DNA of 64,000 nucleotides from Microthyrium microscopicum (lineage: Eukaryota). The position numbers and the translations under genes are program-made. The stretch spans positions 2,061,860 through 2,125,859 of the forward strand of contig MU004231.1 in NCBI GenBank assembly GCA_010405405.1, read 5' to 3'. Of this stretch, positions 39,635 through 53,250 are shown in pieces. Position 1 is the stretch's first letter; the number at the start of each line of letters is the position of its first letter. Under the pieces are notes generated by a model, which was not told where the DNA came from, did not search any database, and saw nothing but the letters and a program-made list of their open reading frames with translations.

Positions 39635-40912
39635 ATGCGAACCTCTCCAATGGCAATAGGCGCTCCAATCGAGGCACCCGAAAGCTGGTTTCGCAGCGAT
39701 CTGGGACAACAATGTGCACTGAACGAGGAAATGAAACACTTCAATATAGTTCTTCACCTGCCAGCCTTTCCATTTTTCGACATGCCCCTCGAGGTTCGCC
39801 AACTAGTCTATAATTTTGCCTTGCCAGAGACCATACAGAAGTTGCGAAAAACGTCTTCAGCCATCCGACAAGAAGTCGATGAGTTTCTGGCCGTGGAGAG
39901 ATACCATATCCTGGATCTCAATCCCCATAGATGGGCCAGCTCAAATGTACAAGATATTGGTCTTGGATTAGTCCGTATCATGCGTCTTGTTCGCCTCAAA
40001 GGGGTTGACTATGCCGATTTCAAGGTAATTTGAACTAAAGATTCAGGTCTTTTGGTTTGTACTAACATACTAACTTAGAGATATATCTCAGTTTTCTCCC
40101 GCTCCAACACGTAAGTTCAGCTTTTTAGGTTACTTCGCAGCTTCTTACTAACTGCCTATAGGGAACTCGTGTCTTTTGATCCTTTTGCGTTCGATATAAG
40201 TGAAGTACAAAAGATTCGGAAGCTCGTCTTCCAGTTTCGAGGTCCAAATCTGAGCATCACTGAAACCTGCCAGTGTAGCACAACGAATCTATGTCTCCAC
40301 GATCTAGAATTTGTGTTTCCCAACCTAAGGTCCTTGGTCATTTTCCAGGCGGCTAAAGGCGAAGATCGACTAATGCCACAATTCATCCATTACACAATCA
40401 ACTGGCAGGCAGGAATCGAGGCAACGAAGGTTGACACTAGCACATTTGATCCGACACACAGTCGCTGGGTGGATATCAACATTGCAATCCACGGAGCAGC
40501 ATCGAGCTCCACGTTATGTTGCCGTCTCCTCTCGCAGCTGCAGGCTTTTTACTCTGAGTTTAATTGTCCCTGTTTCGCTCGAACGTTGATCCCAGTAAAC
40601 CCAAGACGAGGAGGGACCCCAAGCCCGAACTGCACCTTCCATCCTGATGTACAGGCTCCAACGGCACAATCTTTGCGCGCTGAGTCTATGTCCATACATA
40701 GCTTGCTGGACGTAGCCACGTTCAGATCTACCAAGCAGTCACGGTTGGTTTGGGTATGTGAGCTGATGGAATGGATTCGAGTTACGCATACTCTGCACAC
40801 AGAAGAAAGTCTGTGCGTTTGGGAATTCTTCTTACAACTCTGGTATGATTACCACAATAACAGTCCAGATTCCAAGCAGCGAAAGTTTCGGGGGCGCTTG
40901 CGGGGGCGTTGA
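39635..40912 (+). CDS. F-box-like hypothetical protein, family member 1
   Basis: Exons 39635-40024, 40079-40110, 40162-40912 in frame; SWFRSDLGQQCALNEEM, FPFFDMPLEVRQLVY (F-box-like), TCQCSTTNLCLHDLEFVFPNLRSL. Confidence 0.75.
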
Positions 40913-41714
40913 AGCACCAAAGCATAGAGAAATTGACTGGCACCAGGCGATGAATGAGGAAGAAAACTCTCTAGCGTCAAACTGAACGAACACTCTCTAC
41001 AACCAGTCCCAACGACCTCCATTTTAAATATGTTCCACATGATCTATCGAGTCCTTCGATTACCATCGCACGCGTCTATTCTTTGACGAATATTGATTAC
41101 AGTGGGGATCAAAGCCGTGCTTCGTTCAAAACGTGCTAGGCAGACATCGTTGTCAATGACAGCAGTCATGAGAAAAACGGCTATTTTGTCACACAGCGTT
41201 ATTCAGAAGATACAATAATAACTGATCCATTTCCGTCCTCTGTTCATCGATGCTCCAGATGAGATCTTGACTGTTTGTTTCATCAACGCGGCATCTGTTC
41301 ACTCTCTCCTAATCATCCCCTTGGTTGTGGGATAAGCTATTACGCCATCAACTGGTCTGCGACAGGATCGCCTCCATTTTCTGCTCCAGAGCATTCCATG
41401 GCCTGTATAAGACAGGCAACTTATATCATGAACTGCCCACAGGCCTAGCATATAGGGCAATGCGCCTAGAGCTCCTTCTCGGGTATAGACCCATCGTATT
41501 TTCTTCCTGCCGAGTCTAGCTGATACTCAGAGAGTGAGAATCCGAAGAGGCGTCATTAACATTCCGGGTAATCACTTTCTGAGATTTCGAGAGGAACTAA
41601 GTGACGCTCCAGGTGAGGAAACCTGGGGTTGTCTCTTCTCTATAAAGCTGCGCACTTCTTCACCATCTCGCTCAAACAATCTGCATCATCCAATCGACTC
41701 TCACAACCTCAAAC

Positions 41715-43340
41715 ATGGCGCCAAAGCTCGAAGATGTGGTGCCCAAAGATTGGCTCCTCAGTGATCTCGGCCAGTATTGCCTCTTGTATGAGCAGATGGT
41801 ATGTTAAAGAGCTCATATGAAACTGAGAGACCTTTCCGCCATTAGTAGGCCATAGCTAACAAAATGGCAGCAAAAGCTCAATATCGTCATTCATGCATCT
41901 CCAAATGGATGTCCTTGGTCGTCTCGAATGCCAGGAGAGCTTCGTGACATGGTCTACGGATTTTGCCTTCCCAAGACTCTGCGAGCTTTACGAAACACTT
42001 CCAAACAAATCCGAGCAGAGGTGGATGAATGGAGAACTAGAAATCAGTATCATGTGCTGGTTCTTTCTTCGGACTTGTCTGAATCGAACTACTTATATCA
42101 CCGTGGCCTTAAAGAGCTCGGAAATGAATTGGTTCGGATTTTGAGACTCAGCCGTTCGACAAAACTCATGAACCACAGCAATACTAAGGCAAGATACTGC
42201 GGGTCAATCATTCTTTACAGGCATACTCATATAACTTAGATCTTCAATCTTGTGTTCGATCATTTCGCTAAGTGAGTTGGCTCTTTGGCCAGCTGTTGCC
42301 TTCATTTGATCTTTCTTTCCTTCCCTCCTCCATTCAAGTTTATAATGCTTTAGCGGTGCGCTAAACTGACATTCTATAGAGATGGCCAAAACCCCTTTGA
42401 ACTCGACCTCAATGCTACCCAGAGTATTCGGAAACTCATCATTACATCAAAATACGATAACCCTATGTATATGTACTCATCAAGTAACCTTTCCTTCGTG
42501 ACACCGACAACAAGCTGTCAATGCTCTACTCAACGCCTCTGCCTGCACGACCTACAACTCGTATTTCCCAATCTGAAGGATCTTGTAATATACCAGACCT
42601 CTGAGAACCAAGTGGCGGGATACTACCACAACCGCCGGCCGCGGTTTTCCCACTTCATGATCAGATGGGACAAGGGCATTGAGGCATCAACACTGCACAT
42701 GCAGACGTTTCGACCTGGTGATATGGATTGGTATCAAATCACGACTGCTATGAAGCCCCATGTCGCGTACTTGTCACCAGCTTCCAAACTCTTCATGAAA
42801 ATTCAGCAAGTCTATATCAAGCTCAACAAGCAAGTGCGATATCCTCCAGATTGGGAAGGAGGGAAAAAACTTTCTAACTCGAAACATTTAGCGCTCATAC
42901 GCACCGACCGAATTAAGCAGATGCGACCAATGTTCAAGGCTTTGGGCAACCTCCTGGCGAAATACCCATCCGACGACGAAGGCTACAGTAGCGTGCTCTC
43001 AGAGATGAAAAGATGTAAGTTCTGCCAGTGTGAAATCTACTCTATTCGTTGTTCTTTTCACCAAAACGTTTCCTGAGCTTTTTTCGAGCGTGCCCACCAA
43101 AAAACCACACACTACTATGATTTTATACTAACCAATGTAGGGGCTCGGGTGATTACTCCGACAAAATCCGATGAGAACGTTGAAGTACTTGCCAGTCTCT
43201 TCTTGGAGAATATGTGGAAGGGCAGCGTTGGGCAACTTACACGTCACCAACCATCAGGAATTCCACGACATCGAATCAAGATCAAGATCAAGAAGAGGGC
43301 TCGAACTCGGGCTTCAAATTTGAACCACGACAAAATCTGA
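41715..43340 (+). CDS. F-box-like hypothetical protein, family member 2
   Basis: Multi-exon; DWLLSDLGQYCLLYEQM|, MPGELRDMVYGFCLPKTLRALRNTSKQIRAEVDEW, SCQCSTQRLCLHDLQLVFPNLKDL, LLAKYPS, final exon 43141-43340; internal junctions approximate. Confidence 0.72.
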
Positions 43341-44055
43341 TTCATGTTGAGACTTTGAGCGGGTTCATTAGGAATGTTGGCATAGGCTAAGACGGCTAGC
43401 ATCATGAGCTCCTCTCGCCTTGGACTCCTTGACGGTGCTTGGTGAAGTGGAATGATGGATTAGTAGATATTGAATAAGACGAAGACTATCCCACCTGAGA
43501 CGGTTCCTTCCACTATCTCTGATCACTATATACTGAACAGACGACACTGACTTCAAACTCCGATCAGAATGAAACGACTAAATATCACTGGTAAGAAGCA
43601 CAAATTACAAACACCACACTAGAAGACTGCAATGGCTTGGCACAAATAGTACAATGAGTGCGTTGTCTACCACCGCTCCTGATGAAGAGCATACTTTGGA
43701 TTCCCACCCCGATCGATATTCTACTAGTACCTACGTTATACCCTAATAGGAATCAAGGTGTCAAAAATGGAATGTAGACGGGTAGGATCTAAGAAGCATG
43801 GGAGTACATAACGAGGCGACTGGAAAGCTGCTTCCGTTTTAGCACATGAGTGAGTCGCTACTTCCTAAAAAAATACTTAACTGAGGTTTCAAGGTTTACT
43901 CTTCAGGCTTCGATTTCCCACTTAGAGGTGGAAATAGCGCACATTGTATTCTCCGTCTTCCAAGGTCCGAGAATTTTCATTTCTCTAGCTCTATTCTCTA
44001 TCGTCAACGGAGCAACAAGAACCCACCTTACCCAGCTTGAACCATCACTGTCTCA

Positions 44056-45845
44056 ATGGCTTCGACGGAGACTCCAGATGCAGCGGCACAATCAGAATCA
44101 GCGACTGACTCGAGCTCGACCCACAAGCCTGCTCCTGACTGGCGAGTGGGCGAACTGGGATTTCAGTGCGACTTAGCCGAAGAAACGGTACGTGATGCTC
44201 TAAAGTGCTCGACAAGTCCAATAGCAGCCACATCGGGCCAGACAAAGCAGTCAGTCCTGTGATTTGCAGGAAACTCTGGCCTCAAATACTTTCCAGGCGC
44301 TCTGGAGTGTTATCTAGGAGATGATAGGACACATTCTCTGAAATGCAACATTCACAATCGTAGTCAACAGAAGCAAGCCAGTGAAATCGCTACTCTGATG
44401 ACTGAGCCTTTGATCTTGTGAAGCTTATGCTAACATCCTGTTCACAGGGTGTTACCAGTCAACTTCTTTCCTCAAACTCCCTCTTGAGCTCCGCGAGTCC
44501 ATATACAGGCAAGTAGTTCCAAGATCCAAGACATAGGATGTGCTCACTAGCCCACAAAAGCTTGACGTTTGACTCTCTGTTAGCCCTATCATGCTAAAAC
44601 TCTTTTAGCTTCTCTACACCGAAAACACTTCAATCTATTCGACTCACTTCACACCCTATCCAAAAGGAAGTCGACGATTTCACAAATCGTTCCAAATACT
44701 ACTTCTTGGACATGTACAGCATATCCGATCTCGATTACAAGTACAAGAATGCCATTGGTCTATGTCGCGCAATTCAATACAAGCGCTACGTTGACAACCA
44801 TCTCGATGATGGTGACCTGAGTATCGATTGCGGAAAGTTCGATTATGTCTTCAATGGGAAGAACCCTGGCGATGTCTCCTTAACATTTCCTTTTGACCTC
44901 AACGCTGCGAAGGCGATCCGAAAGTTGGTTGTACACTTGTACGATGGAGCATTCGAGGATCTCATATCTTGCCGATGTGTCAATGCTGAAGCAGGAACGT
45001 TCTGTATCCACGACCTAGAATTCTTGTTTCCTAATCTCAAGAGTCTGGCAATCTTCACCAAACAACACATCATGCAAATGGCCTTCCCTTTTTACAGGAC
45101 CGACCTCTGGCTCACCCAACTCGACATTGATTGGGATGTAAGACTTCAATGGAAAATCAAATCCTCGACCCTAATCGAGCCCACGCAAGAGAACCACTTG
45201 GTAATTATGGAGCTGCTCAAATCCTCACTGGTCGAATTACCCATCAGTCGTCTGTTCTCGGATATACAAAATGTTTATGCAACCATTTTCAGCTATAAGC
45301 TCCAGCTCTCAATAATGCACAAGTCACGCCTACGTTCTCCATTCGCCGATGATGGACCATTCAAATGGGGCAAGGACGGCTGCTGGGACAAGAAAGAATT
45401 TGATGAGTTCCCATTGGCTGTAGGCAATAGCTCCTACCTCCAGGGACAATTGAAGTCTCTGTACACTCTTCTAGCCAAATATCCCTCTGAAGACGTTGCG
45501 AAGTCCGAGCTGATGAACCAACTGATACCATCGTGTAAATATCTCACTCTTTCCTACGGCAGTAATCATGTTGCTGCTGCACAGGCATTCACGAAGCAAC
45601 TATGGGAGGTGGCTGTTAATGGGAATGACAACGCGCGCATCGTTAAGGGATGCGGTGGCTCTGATATATGTGATGGTGCTCTCAGATGCAGTGAAGCTAT
45701 TGGATGTGGTGGCGGCATCAATTGTGTTGGTCGTCCCCGAGACAGTTATGACACCGAAATAGTACATGCTTGTACTGATTGCAAGGACAAGATCCAGAAT
45801 TGGTCGGAAGTAAAGCGCAAGATGTATATTATACATTACGTTTGA
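44056..45845 (+). CDS. F-box-like hypothetical protein, family member 3, Cys-rich C-terminus
   Basis: DWRVGELGFQCDLAEET|, SFLKLPLELRESIY, ETLQSIRLTSHPIQKEVDDF, FPFDLNAAKAIRKL, SCRCVNAEAGTFCIHDLEFLFPNLKSL, LLAKYPS; 5' splice junctions uncertain. Confidence 0.72.
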
Positions 45846-46433
45846 ATATGTAGGTTCTGCAAAATTCACCCTCTCGGGGTCCGTGGAAGTGCTGATTTCG
45901 GCCGGGAAATAGCTATCTGGGCCCATCAAGAATGTAAAAGTAATGCTGGTCCATCATCTCAGCTGTTATTCGTTTGAGATACAAGATGCAACTCACAAGC
46001 TATTGTGAGCCGTACTGTGCCGCTGAAGCCTGAGTTACCGCAAAGCGCTTATAATTTTAGATTATTGAGACTCAAGCATAGTTTTTCGGACTGGGTAGGA
46101 TCTGGCCTATCAATTAAATCAGTCTGACGCTTATCCAGAATAAGCTTTGTGCCAATATATATTCATTTCCCTGGTATGGGAGAAGGCCAGCAGGTGGACC
46201 GAGCCTTTGTAGTTTGTTAGAGATGTAGCATGGCAGGAAGAATACTCAACTACAAGCAGGTAGGGTTATCACTATTCCTACGTTCTAGATTATGGAATAG
46301 TAAGAAAGTAAGCGAATATCGGGACGATCACGGATGTTCCGGGGGCCATTGCGCCTGGTTTTCTAGAGTATAAAGGAGGGACAGAGACCTATCTAGCATG
46401 CTACAGCAACTACACTCCAAATAGTGTGATGAG

Positions 46434-47627
46434 ATGGATACTTTGACACCTGCGCAGGCGACGGAGCTAGTTTCGAGGATTGGAGCGAAGAAGGCGCAGG
46501 CAAAATATGTCAAAGTCGCTGTGAGCTCGTTTCTGTCTGGTCCACTCCTTGGATTTGGGTACGATCAAAAGATTCCTGATGTCGAGAACAGGTACTGACA
46601 CTGAGTTGGCAGCTGCTCCCTTCTCGTTGCGACGAATGCTTCACCATGGTACATCGAAAACGCGCCAGGTTTGCTCCGAACAATCGGCGGCCTTGTCTTT
46701 CCAGTCGGATTGACGATGATAATGCTCACTGGATCTGAGTTGTTTACGAGCAATGTTATGGTACGACAAGATGCCATCGTCAGCTATGGCCACCGGCTAA
46801 TCACGCGCAGTATATGACCACAGCTCTGCTTCATCGTCGCGTGAGTGCCGGGAATCTGCTGATATCATGGGTCATATCCTACTTTGGTAACCTACTCGGC
46901 ATGATCACATTCGTGGCATTGATAGCCGGCTATGGGGGAGTTTTCCACGAACCGGTGCTAAGGAAGACTGCTATTTCACTGGCAATGAAGAAGGCCGTAT
47001 ATCCAGCATGGCATCAGATCTTTCTCAAAGCCATTGGCGCAAACTGGCTGGTCTGCTTTGCAATGTTTGGTAGCATAATGTCCCGGGAAGCGATCAGTAA
47101 GATGTTCATACTTTGGATGCCAGTTACATGCTTTGCGGCTTTGGGACTGGACCACGTAATTGCGAATATGTTTTATATCCCATTGTAGGTGCTCCAGTAA
47201 CTTGCATATGTTTACAGCTGACGATTTCAGGGGAATCTGGGTTGGCGCTCCCATCAGCGTTGGATACTATATCTGGAAAAGTATGATTCCAGCGCTTCTG
47301 GGTAACATCGTGGGTGGAGGTCTGTTTGTTGGTACGGCTTACTGGTATCTCTACATTTGCGGCGAAGAACAGGATATTCTTCTGGATGCCAGTGGAATCC
47401 GACAGCGAGCGAATCCTGATATGGTACTAAGTGAAGCCACGTCAGTATCGTCAAGAGTCTCTCCGGACGAAAAGGTTCCTGGCAAGATAACTATGGCTGA
47501 AGATATAGAGCAAGCGGGAGGATCGCGTCAGATGGGCTATTCAGGAGCGATGGCAGAAGGACGATTCTTGAGTAGCATTGGCGTGGATTTGAAAGATGAT
47601 GGGCCGACGACGAAGAAGCGCGTATAG
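46434..47627 (+). CDS. Formate/nitrite transporter (FNT family)
   Basis: 4 exons; VFPVGL..LTGSELFTSNVM, SYFGNLLG, KAIGANWLVC, GLDHVIANMFYIP, LLGNIVGGGLFVG. Confidence 0.95.
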
Positions 47628-48113
47628 CTGTTGTGATTGATGGTTGAATGCAATGCCAGTAATCGCAAGAGATGTTCAAGCAGGTAACCGCCCGGTCATG
47701 GGTATTGCATTAAGCAGATTGCCAGATTGTGTTGACAAATGAAGAAAAGAAATTATCGCAGCACGATTGGCGTACAGAAACTTGAAAGCCTCTTCCCGTC
47801 CGTCCAGACTCCAAGTTGGGAAAGTGAGGCCCGTGCCCAGAGATGAAGATGGGACATTGGAGATCCCCACCAACCGCGATTCCAACCTCCAAATCCCATC
47901 CTCATATATTGACCTTTGAACTACCTATTCGCGTTCATATTTGAGTCAAAATTCCCCATCATACCCGCTCCGAGCTCTTCCACCAACCGCGCTGTCTACA
48001 AACCTACCTCCGTACGCTACACCCAACCATTCCGTATGACGACGACCTCTATGCGAGAATAACTCGCTCGTATAACTCCCTGAGCGGAGAAAAGCCGGGT
48101 CGAATCAATAATC

Positions 48114-51100
48114 ATGGCGCGCGGCGACAATGCGGCCACCGGCCCTTCGACCTCGTTGTTCAGCAGGAACAGTACGAGCGAAGGCGCTCCGATGAGAGGT
48201 AAGAGCCAATTCGAGATGGTCCAACGGAAGAATTAGTTGTTGACTCGGGCCTAGGCCTGGTCAAATTCATAGCCGACCTGCGTAATGCTAGAGCGCGAGA
48301 GCTGGAAGAAAAGCGTATCAATAAGGAGTTGGCTAATATTCGGTGAGCCTGAACACCTCCTGTTATACCCACCAAGTACTAACCCATGGACCAGGCAAAA
48401 GTTCAAAGGTGAAGACAATAGTTCCGATTTCTACGTGCTTTACTGACGAGCTCGTGTAGATGGCAAAATGGATGGCTATTCCAGGAAAAAATATGTTTGC
48501 AAGGTATGTAACACTTTACTCATTCTCATGTCTTATGCTAATGACTGCAGCTTCTGTATATCTACATCTACGGTTTCGACGTCGATTTTGGGCATCTCGA
48601 GGCAGTAAATTTGATATCTGCGACCAAATATTCCGAGAAGCAAATAGGCTATCTGGCAGTCACCTTATTTCTTCACGAAGAGCATCCACTTCTCCACCTG
48701 GTCATCAACAGCATTCGTAAAGACCTGATGGATCATAATGAACTAAATAATTGTCTTGCGCTTCATGCCATCGCGAATGTTGGTGGTCGGGAAATGGGCG
48801 AAGCATTAAGTGCCGATGTCCATCGCTTATTGATTTCTCCGTTAGTATGCGTTCGTCTTGAAGCAAAAGAGAATACTAATTAGGCCAAGAACCTCAAAAT
48901 CCTTCGTTAAGAAGAAAGCCGCCTTGACCCTTCTGCGGATATACCGCAAGTCGCCAAGCATTGTACAACTAGAGTGGGCGGAGCGTATCATATCACTCAT
49001 GGATGATCCGGATATGGGAGTTGCGCTCTCAGTCACATCCCTCGTCATTGCATTACTTCAAGATAGTCCGGATCGATACAAAGCCAGTTACGTCAAAGCT
49101 GCAAGACGTCTCAAGAGTATCGTGGTTGACAGCGAGTGTCCTTCTGATTATATCTACTACAAGGTCCCTTGCCCCTGGATTCAAGTCAAGCTGCTCAAAC
49201 TTCTTCAGTACTATCCACCGCCTGATGATACTCATATCCGTGAGCTGATTCGGGACTCTTTACGGCGAATCATGGAGACCGCGATGGATCAGCAAAGGAA
49301 CGTACAACAAAACAACGCACAAAATGCCGTTTTATTCGAAGCCATCAATCTTGTTATACATCTCGACACGGAGCATGAACTTATGGTTCAAATATCTTCC
49401 AAACTTGGGAAGTTCATCCAGGCGCGTGAGACAAATGTTAGATACCTTGGATTGGAAGCAATGACACATTTGGCTGCCCGGACGGAAACGCTTGAACCCA
49501 TCAAGAAGCATCAACAAATCATCATAGGATCACTTCGAGATCGCGATATTAGCGTTCGAAGACAGGGCCTCGATCTACTATACAGCATGTGTGACTCTAC
49601 CAACGCTCAGACTATCGTAGCTGAACTGCTCAAGTACCTCCAAAACGCTGATTATGCAATTCGAGAGGAAATGGTACTAAAGATCGCTATCCTTACAGAA
49701 AAGTATGCAACGGAAGTCAAGTGGTATGTTGATATATCACTCAAACTAATTGCCATGGCTGGAGACCATGTCAGTGACGAGGTCTGGCAACGGGTCATTC
49801 AAATCGTCACAAACAACGAAGAACTGCAAGTTTATGCTGCTCAGACTATACTACAATATGTCAAGCACGAACATTGCCACGAAACTTTGGTGAAAATTGG
49901 CGCTTATGCTCTTGGAGAATTTGGGCATTTGATTGCCGATAGTCCTGGTTGCCAACCCATTGATCAATTCATGGCACTTCAGACAAAGATGCCAGGCTGC
50001 TCGTTTAGTACCCGAGCCATCATTTTGTCTTCATTTGTCAAGTTCGTCAACTTGTTCCCAGAAATCAAACCCCACCTGTTACAGGTGTTCAAAATCTACA
50101 GCCATAGCCTGGATTCTGAGCTGCAACAACGAGCTTGCGAGTATCTCGCCCTTGCGACAATGCCAACAGATGATCTTCTGCAGACAGTTTGTGATGAGAT
50201 GCCTCCGTTCCCCGAAAGAGCATCCGCACTTCTCTCTAGGTTACATTCAAAGCATGCCACAACTAGCGACAAGCGAACATGGATTGTTGGTGGACGCGAT
50301 GCCAACACAGACTCTAAGGAAGTTCTTATGGCTCAGCAACCAACACTTAAGAGATCATTAACAAATTCCTCCGCAATTGAGACGATCAAGGCTACCGAAA
50401 AGACTCCTTCGAAAGGAGTACATAATGGAAACGGCACAAATGGTGTTCATGATTTGGCCGGGCTTGACATGACTCCTGCTGAAAAAGCGGAGAAGGAGCA
50501 AGAACAGACAAACTTCGCCAGTGCAATACATCTCAGCGCCGGCTGGGAGAAGGGTTATAAAGAGCTTCTGCTAAAAGACCAAGGTATCTTGTACGAAGAT
50601 GGGCAGATCCAAGTTGGAATGCGAGAAGAGTATCGAGGTGAACTTGGTTGCATCATTCTTTACTTTGCAAACAAATCGCCCTCCACCATGGGGTCCTTTA
50701 CTACAACTCTCCATAACCCTTCGTCGGATACTCTGAAGACCGATGTCAAAGGCCTACCAGACCACAAAATTCACTCAGATACTCAGGCCCGACAAACCAT
50801 CATATTCGAGGCGAAGAACGTATTCACAGAACCGCCAACGATACGGATATCGTATCTTGCTGGCGCCCTTCAAGCACTGACCCTGAAGCTTCCCATTGCA
50901 CTACACAAGTACATGGATTCCGCTCAACTAGGTGCAGACGATTTCTTCAAAAGATGGAAACAAATCGGTGGAGCACCTAGAGAAGCACAAGAAGTCTTTG
51001 GGATAGCGAACAAGAACAGAACAATTAGCCCATCGTTTACCCGGCGGGTTATCGAAGGATTCAAATGGGGCGTGCTCGATGGGGTAGATCCGAATGCTAA

Positions 51101-51336
51101 GAATCTTGTTGGAGCTACTGTACTCCACACTACAGAAGGAGGAAAGTTTGGATGCTTAATGAGACTGGAGCCAAACTATGAGAGCAAGGTAAGCACGATA
51201 CTCCTCCTGCCAGTCATCACTCAGCTGCTGACTAAAACAGATGTATCGATTGACCATCAGAGCAACGGACGAGTCCGTTCCTCCAGTCTTGATCAAGTTT
51301 ATCAAGGACGAACTATCTCAGGGCGAGGAGGTTTGA
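48114..51336 (+). CDS. APL3: AP-2 adaptor complex alpha subunit
   Basis: MRG|LVKFIADLRNARARELEEKRINKELANIR, EKQIGYLAVTLF, KVPCPWIQVKLL, ETNVRYLGLE, DSELQQRACEYL, appendage FFKRWKQIGG, GCLMRLEPN; last exon 51241-51336 MYRLTIRATDE. Confidence 0.96.
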
Positions 51337-51499
51337 TAAAAATCATATCGCGAAGCATTGGCAGGCCGGTTCAAATCGGGGACTGCATGGAAATCGTGAT
51401 CATGGGGGTTGGTATACAAATGCTAGCGTGTTTCGCTGCTGTATATAATTTTTACTTCAATTGTAAATCGCACACGTTCGTACCCTTTCATCCTGACCT

Positions 51500-52358
51500 C
51501 TACGTCGTCGCCTCTGTGGCCTCACTCTTACTCGTCTTCGGCGGCCGTTCGCCAAATATCGAGCTACCTACCCTCACTTCATTACTCCCATGCACGATCG
51601 CCCCTTCATAGTCCGCACTCATCCCCATACTCAACTCAATCTCCTCCTCCGGCACCTCCAGCTCCTTGGCCACGCGCGCCCGCTCCTCGACTAAGCACGC
51701 AAAATCTTCATTCTCCGTCTCCTTCGTCGTCGCCTTACTCCTTGCAATCGCTCCAATCGTCATCAGCCCCGCCAGCTTTAAATGCGGACATTCCTCCTTG
51801 ACATGCCGACACAGCGCTACTGACTGCTCGCCTGGCTCGACACCTGCTTTACTTTCCTCGCCTGACGTATTCACCTGCACTTTGACGCGCAGCGGCTCGC
51901 CATCCTCGATGGATCCACGTCCCGTATTAAGGAGATCCGCTTTCTTGACACTATCTACGCTGCTCACGCACCAGAGGTTTGGTATTGTAGCGAGATTCTT
52001 GGCTTTGTTGGATTGTAGGCCGCCGATGAAATGCCATTGAATACTGCGTGGGAGGCGTGCGGCCTTGTCGGTGAGCTCTTGGACGTAGTTTTCGCCAAAG
52101 TGGGTGGGACGGAAGGTGCTAGGGAGGGAGGAGTCAGAGGAGGAGGAGTGTAGGGCGGCTACGTCGCTGGCGGGCTTGAGTTTGGAAACGAGGACGAGTC
52201 GGACCTGGGATTTGTTAGTGTTGACGTTGGAGGGGAGGGTGGGGGCGTACGGGTTGGGGGCGCTTGATTGCTTCGATTTTTGTGATGATAGATTTGAGAT
52301 TTTCGAGGAGCTGGGTTGCTCGCTGAGGGGTGAATTGCATGTCGTCTTCGGAGGACAT
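51500..52358 (-). CDS. Pyridoxal phosphate homeostasis protein (YggS/PROSC/PLPBP)
   Basis: Exons 52358-52251, 52204-51500; RLVLVSKLKP (PLP Lys), HFGENYVQEL, WHFIGGLQSNK, VQVNTSGEESKAG, GLMTIG, LSMGMSADY, VRVGSSIFGER. Confidence 0.96.
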
Positions 52359-53250
52359 TGTTGCTTGTTGAGAGTTTGAGAGGTTGTCGAGTGAAAGTTG
52401 AAAGTGATGATGGATGATGAGAAGTCTAGGGCGCGAACTTTCGCAACGGCGCGATATAAAAATAACGAACAATCCAAATTGCAAAGTTCTAAATATCTGT
52501 TTGACTCAATGCATATAGATTGAAGACATAATCTCTTCAATGAAAACAACAATCTGGTCGGTTTCGAATTTGATACTTTCTGATCGTGCTATCACTAGAA
52601 ACCACAATATTGCACCATTTTCCTGAAGAAAATAGCTGAGCAATTCAAGACGTTGAGAACTGCTCTGAGCGATATTCCTAAAAACAACTCGGGATCAAAT
52701 TTTGTATTTTCTGGGCAATTTGTACCTTGTATTATTCAAGCTTGTAACATTTTTGTATTGCCGACATTATTCACAAACTATAAACATGTTTCTTGCAAAT
52801 ACAAGAGGAAGCCTAGAAGGATCTGGTCCAACTGACCTGTGCATTTCGTTGCAGAGATTCATGAACCGGAAACCCAAGCTATATTCGAGCAATGTGTGGG
52901 TACCGAGAAAAAGCAAGGAATCAAAAGTCCATCAAAAGGACTCATGGCAAGAAAGACAGGTAAGTAGCATGTCCAAACAGTCGGACTGATGTTTTTTTGT
53001 CGATAGGGGGTTCCGGCTAAGACTGTAACTTCTGGGCTAATTATCATCCAAGATAAGCAGTGAGCTAACTTTTGATGGGCCGTGAGTAAACAGAAGTGCT
53101 GATGTTTCTCATGGCAATGATGGCATCCAGCAAGACAACAGTTGCTGTTCAATGACTGAAGCAGGTTTGATCATTCGATTGCTTCTCAACGGAATGTAGG
53201 TGGGTTCATTTTTGCCTCATTAGGAAAATGCGAGCTTGTGATTGTGAATT

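Noticed and set aside
48858..52552. Apparent overlap of the AP-2 alpha ORF (to 51611) with the YggS ORF (350 aa)
   Set aside because: Artefact of reading through introns and UTRs; the spliced genes end at 51336 and 51500 and do not overlap
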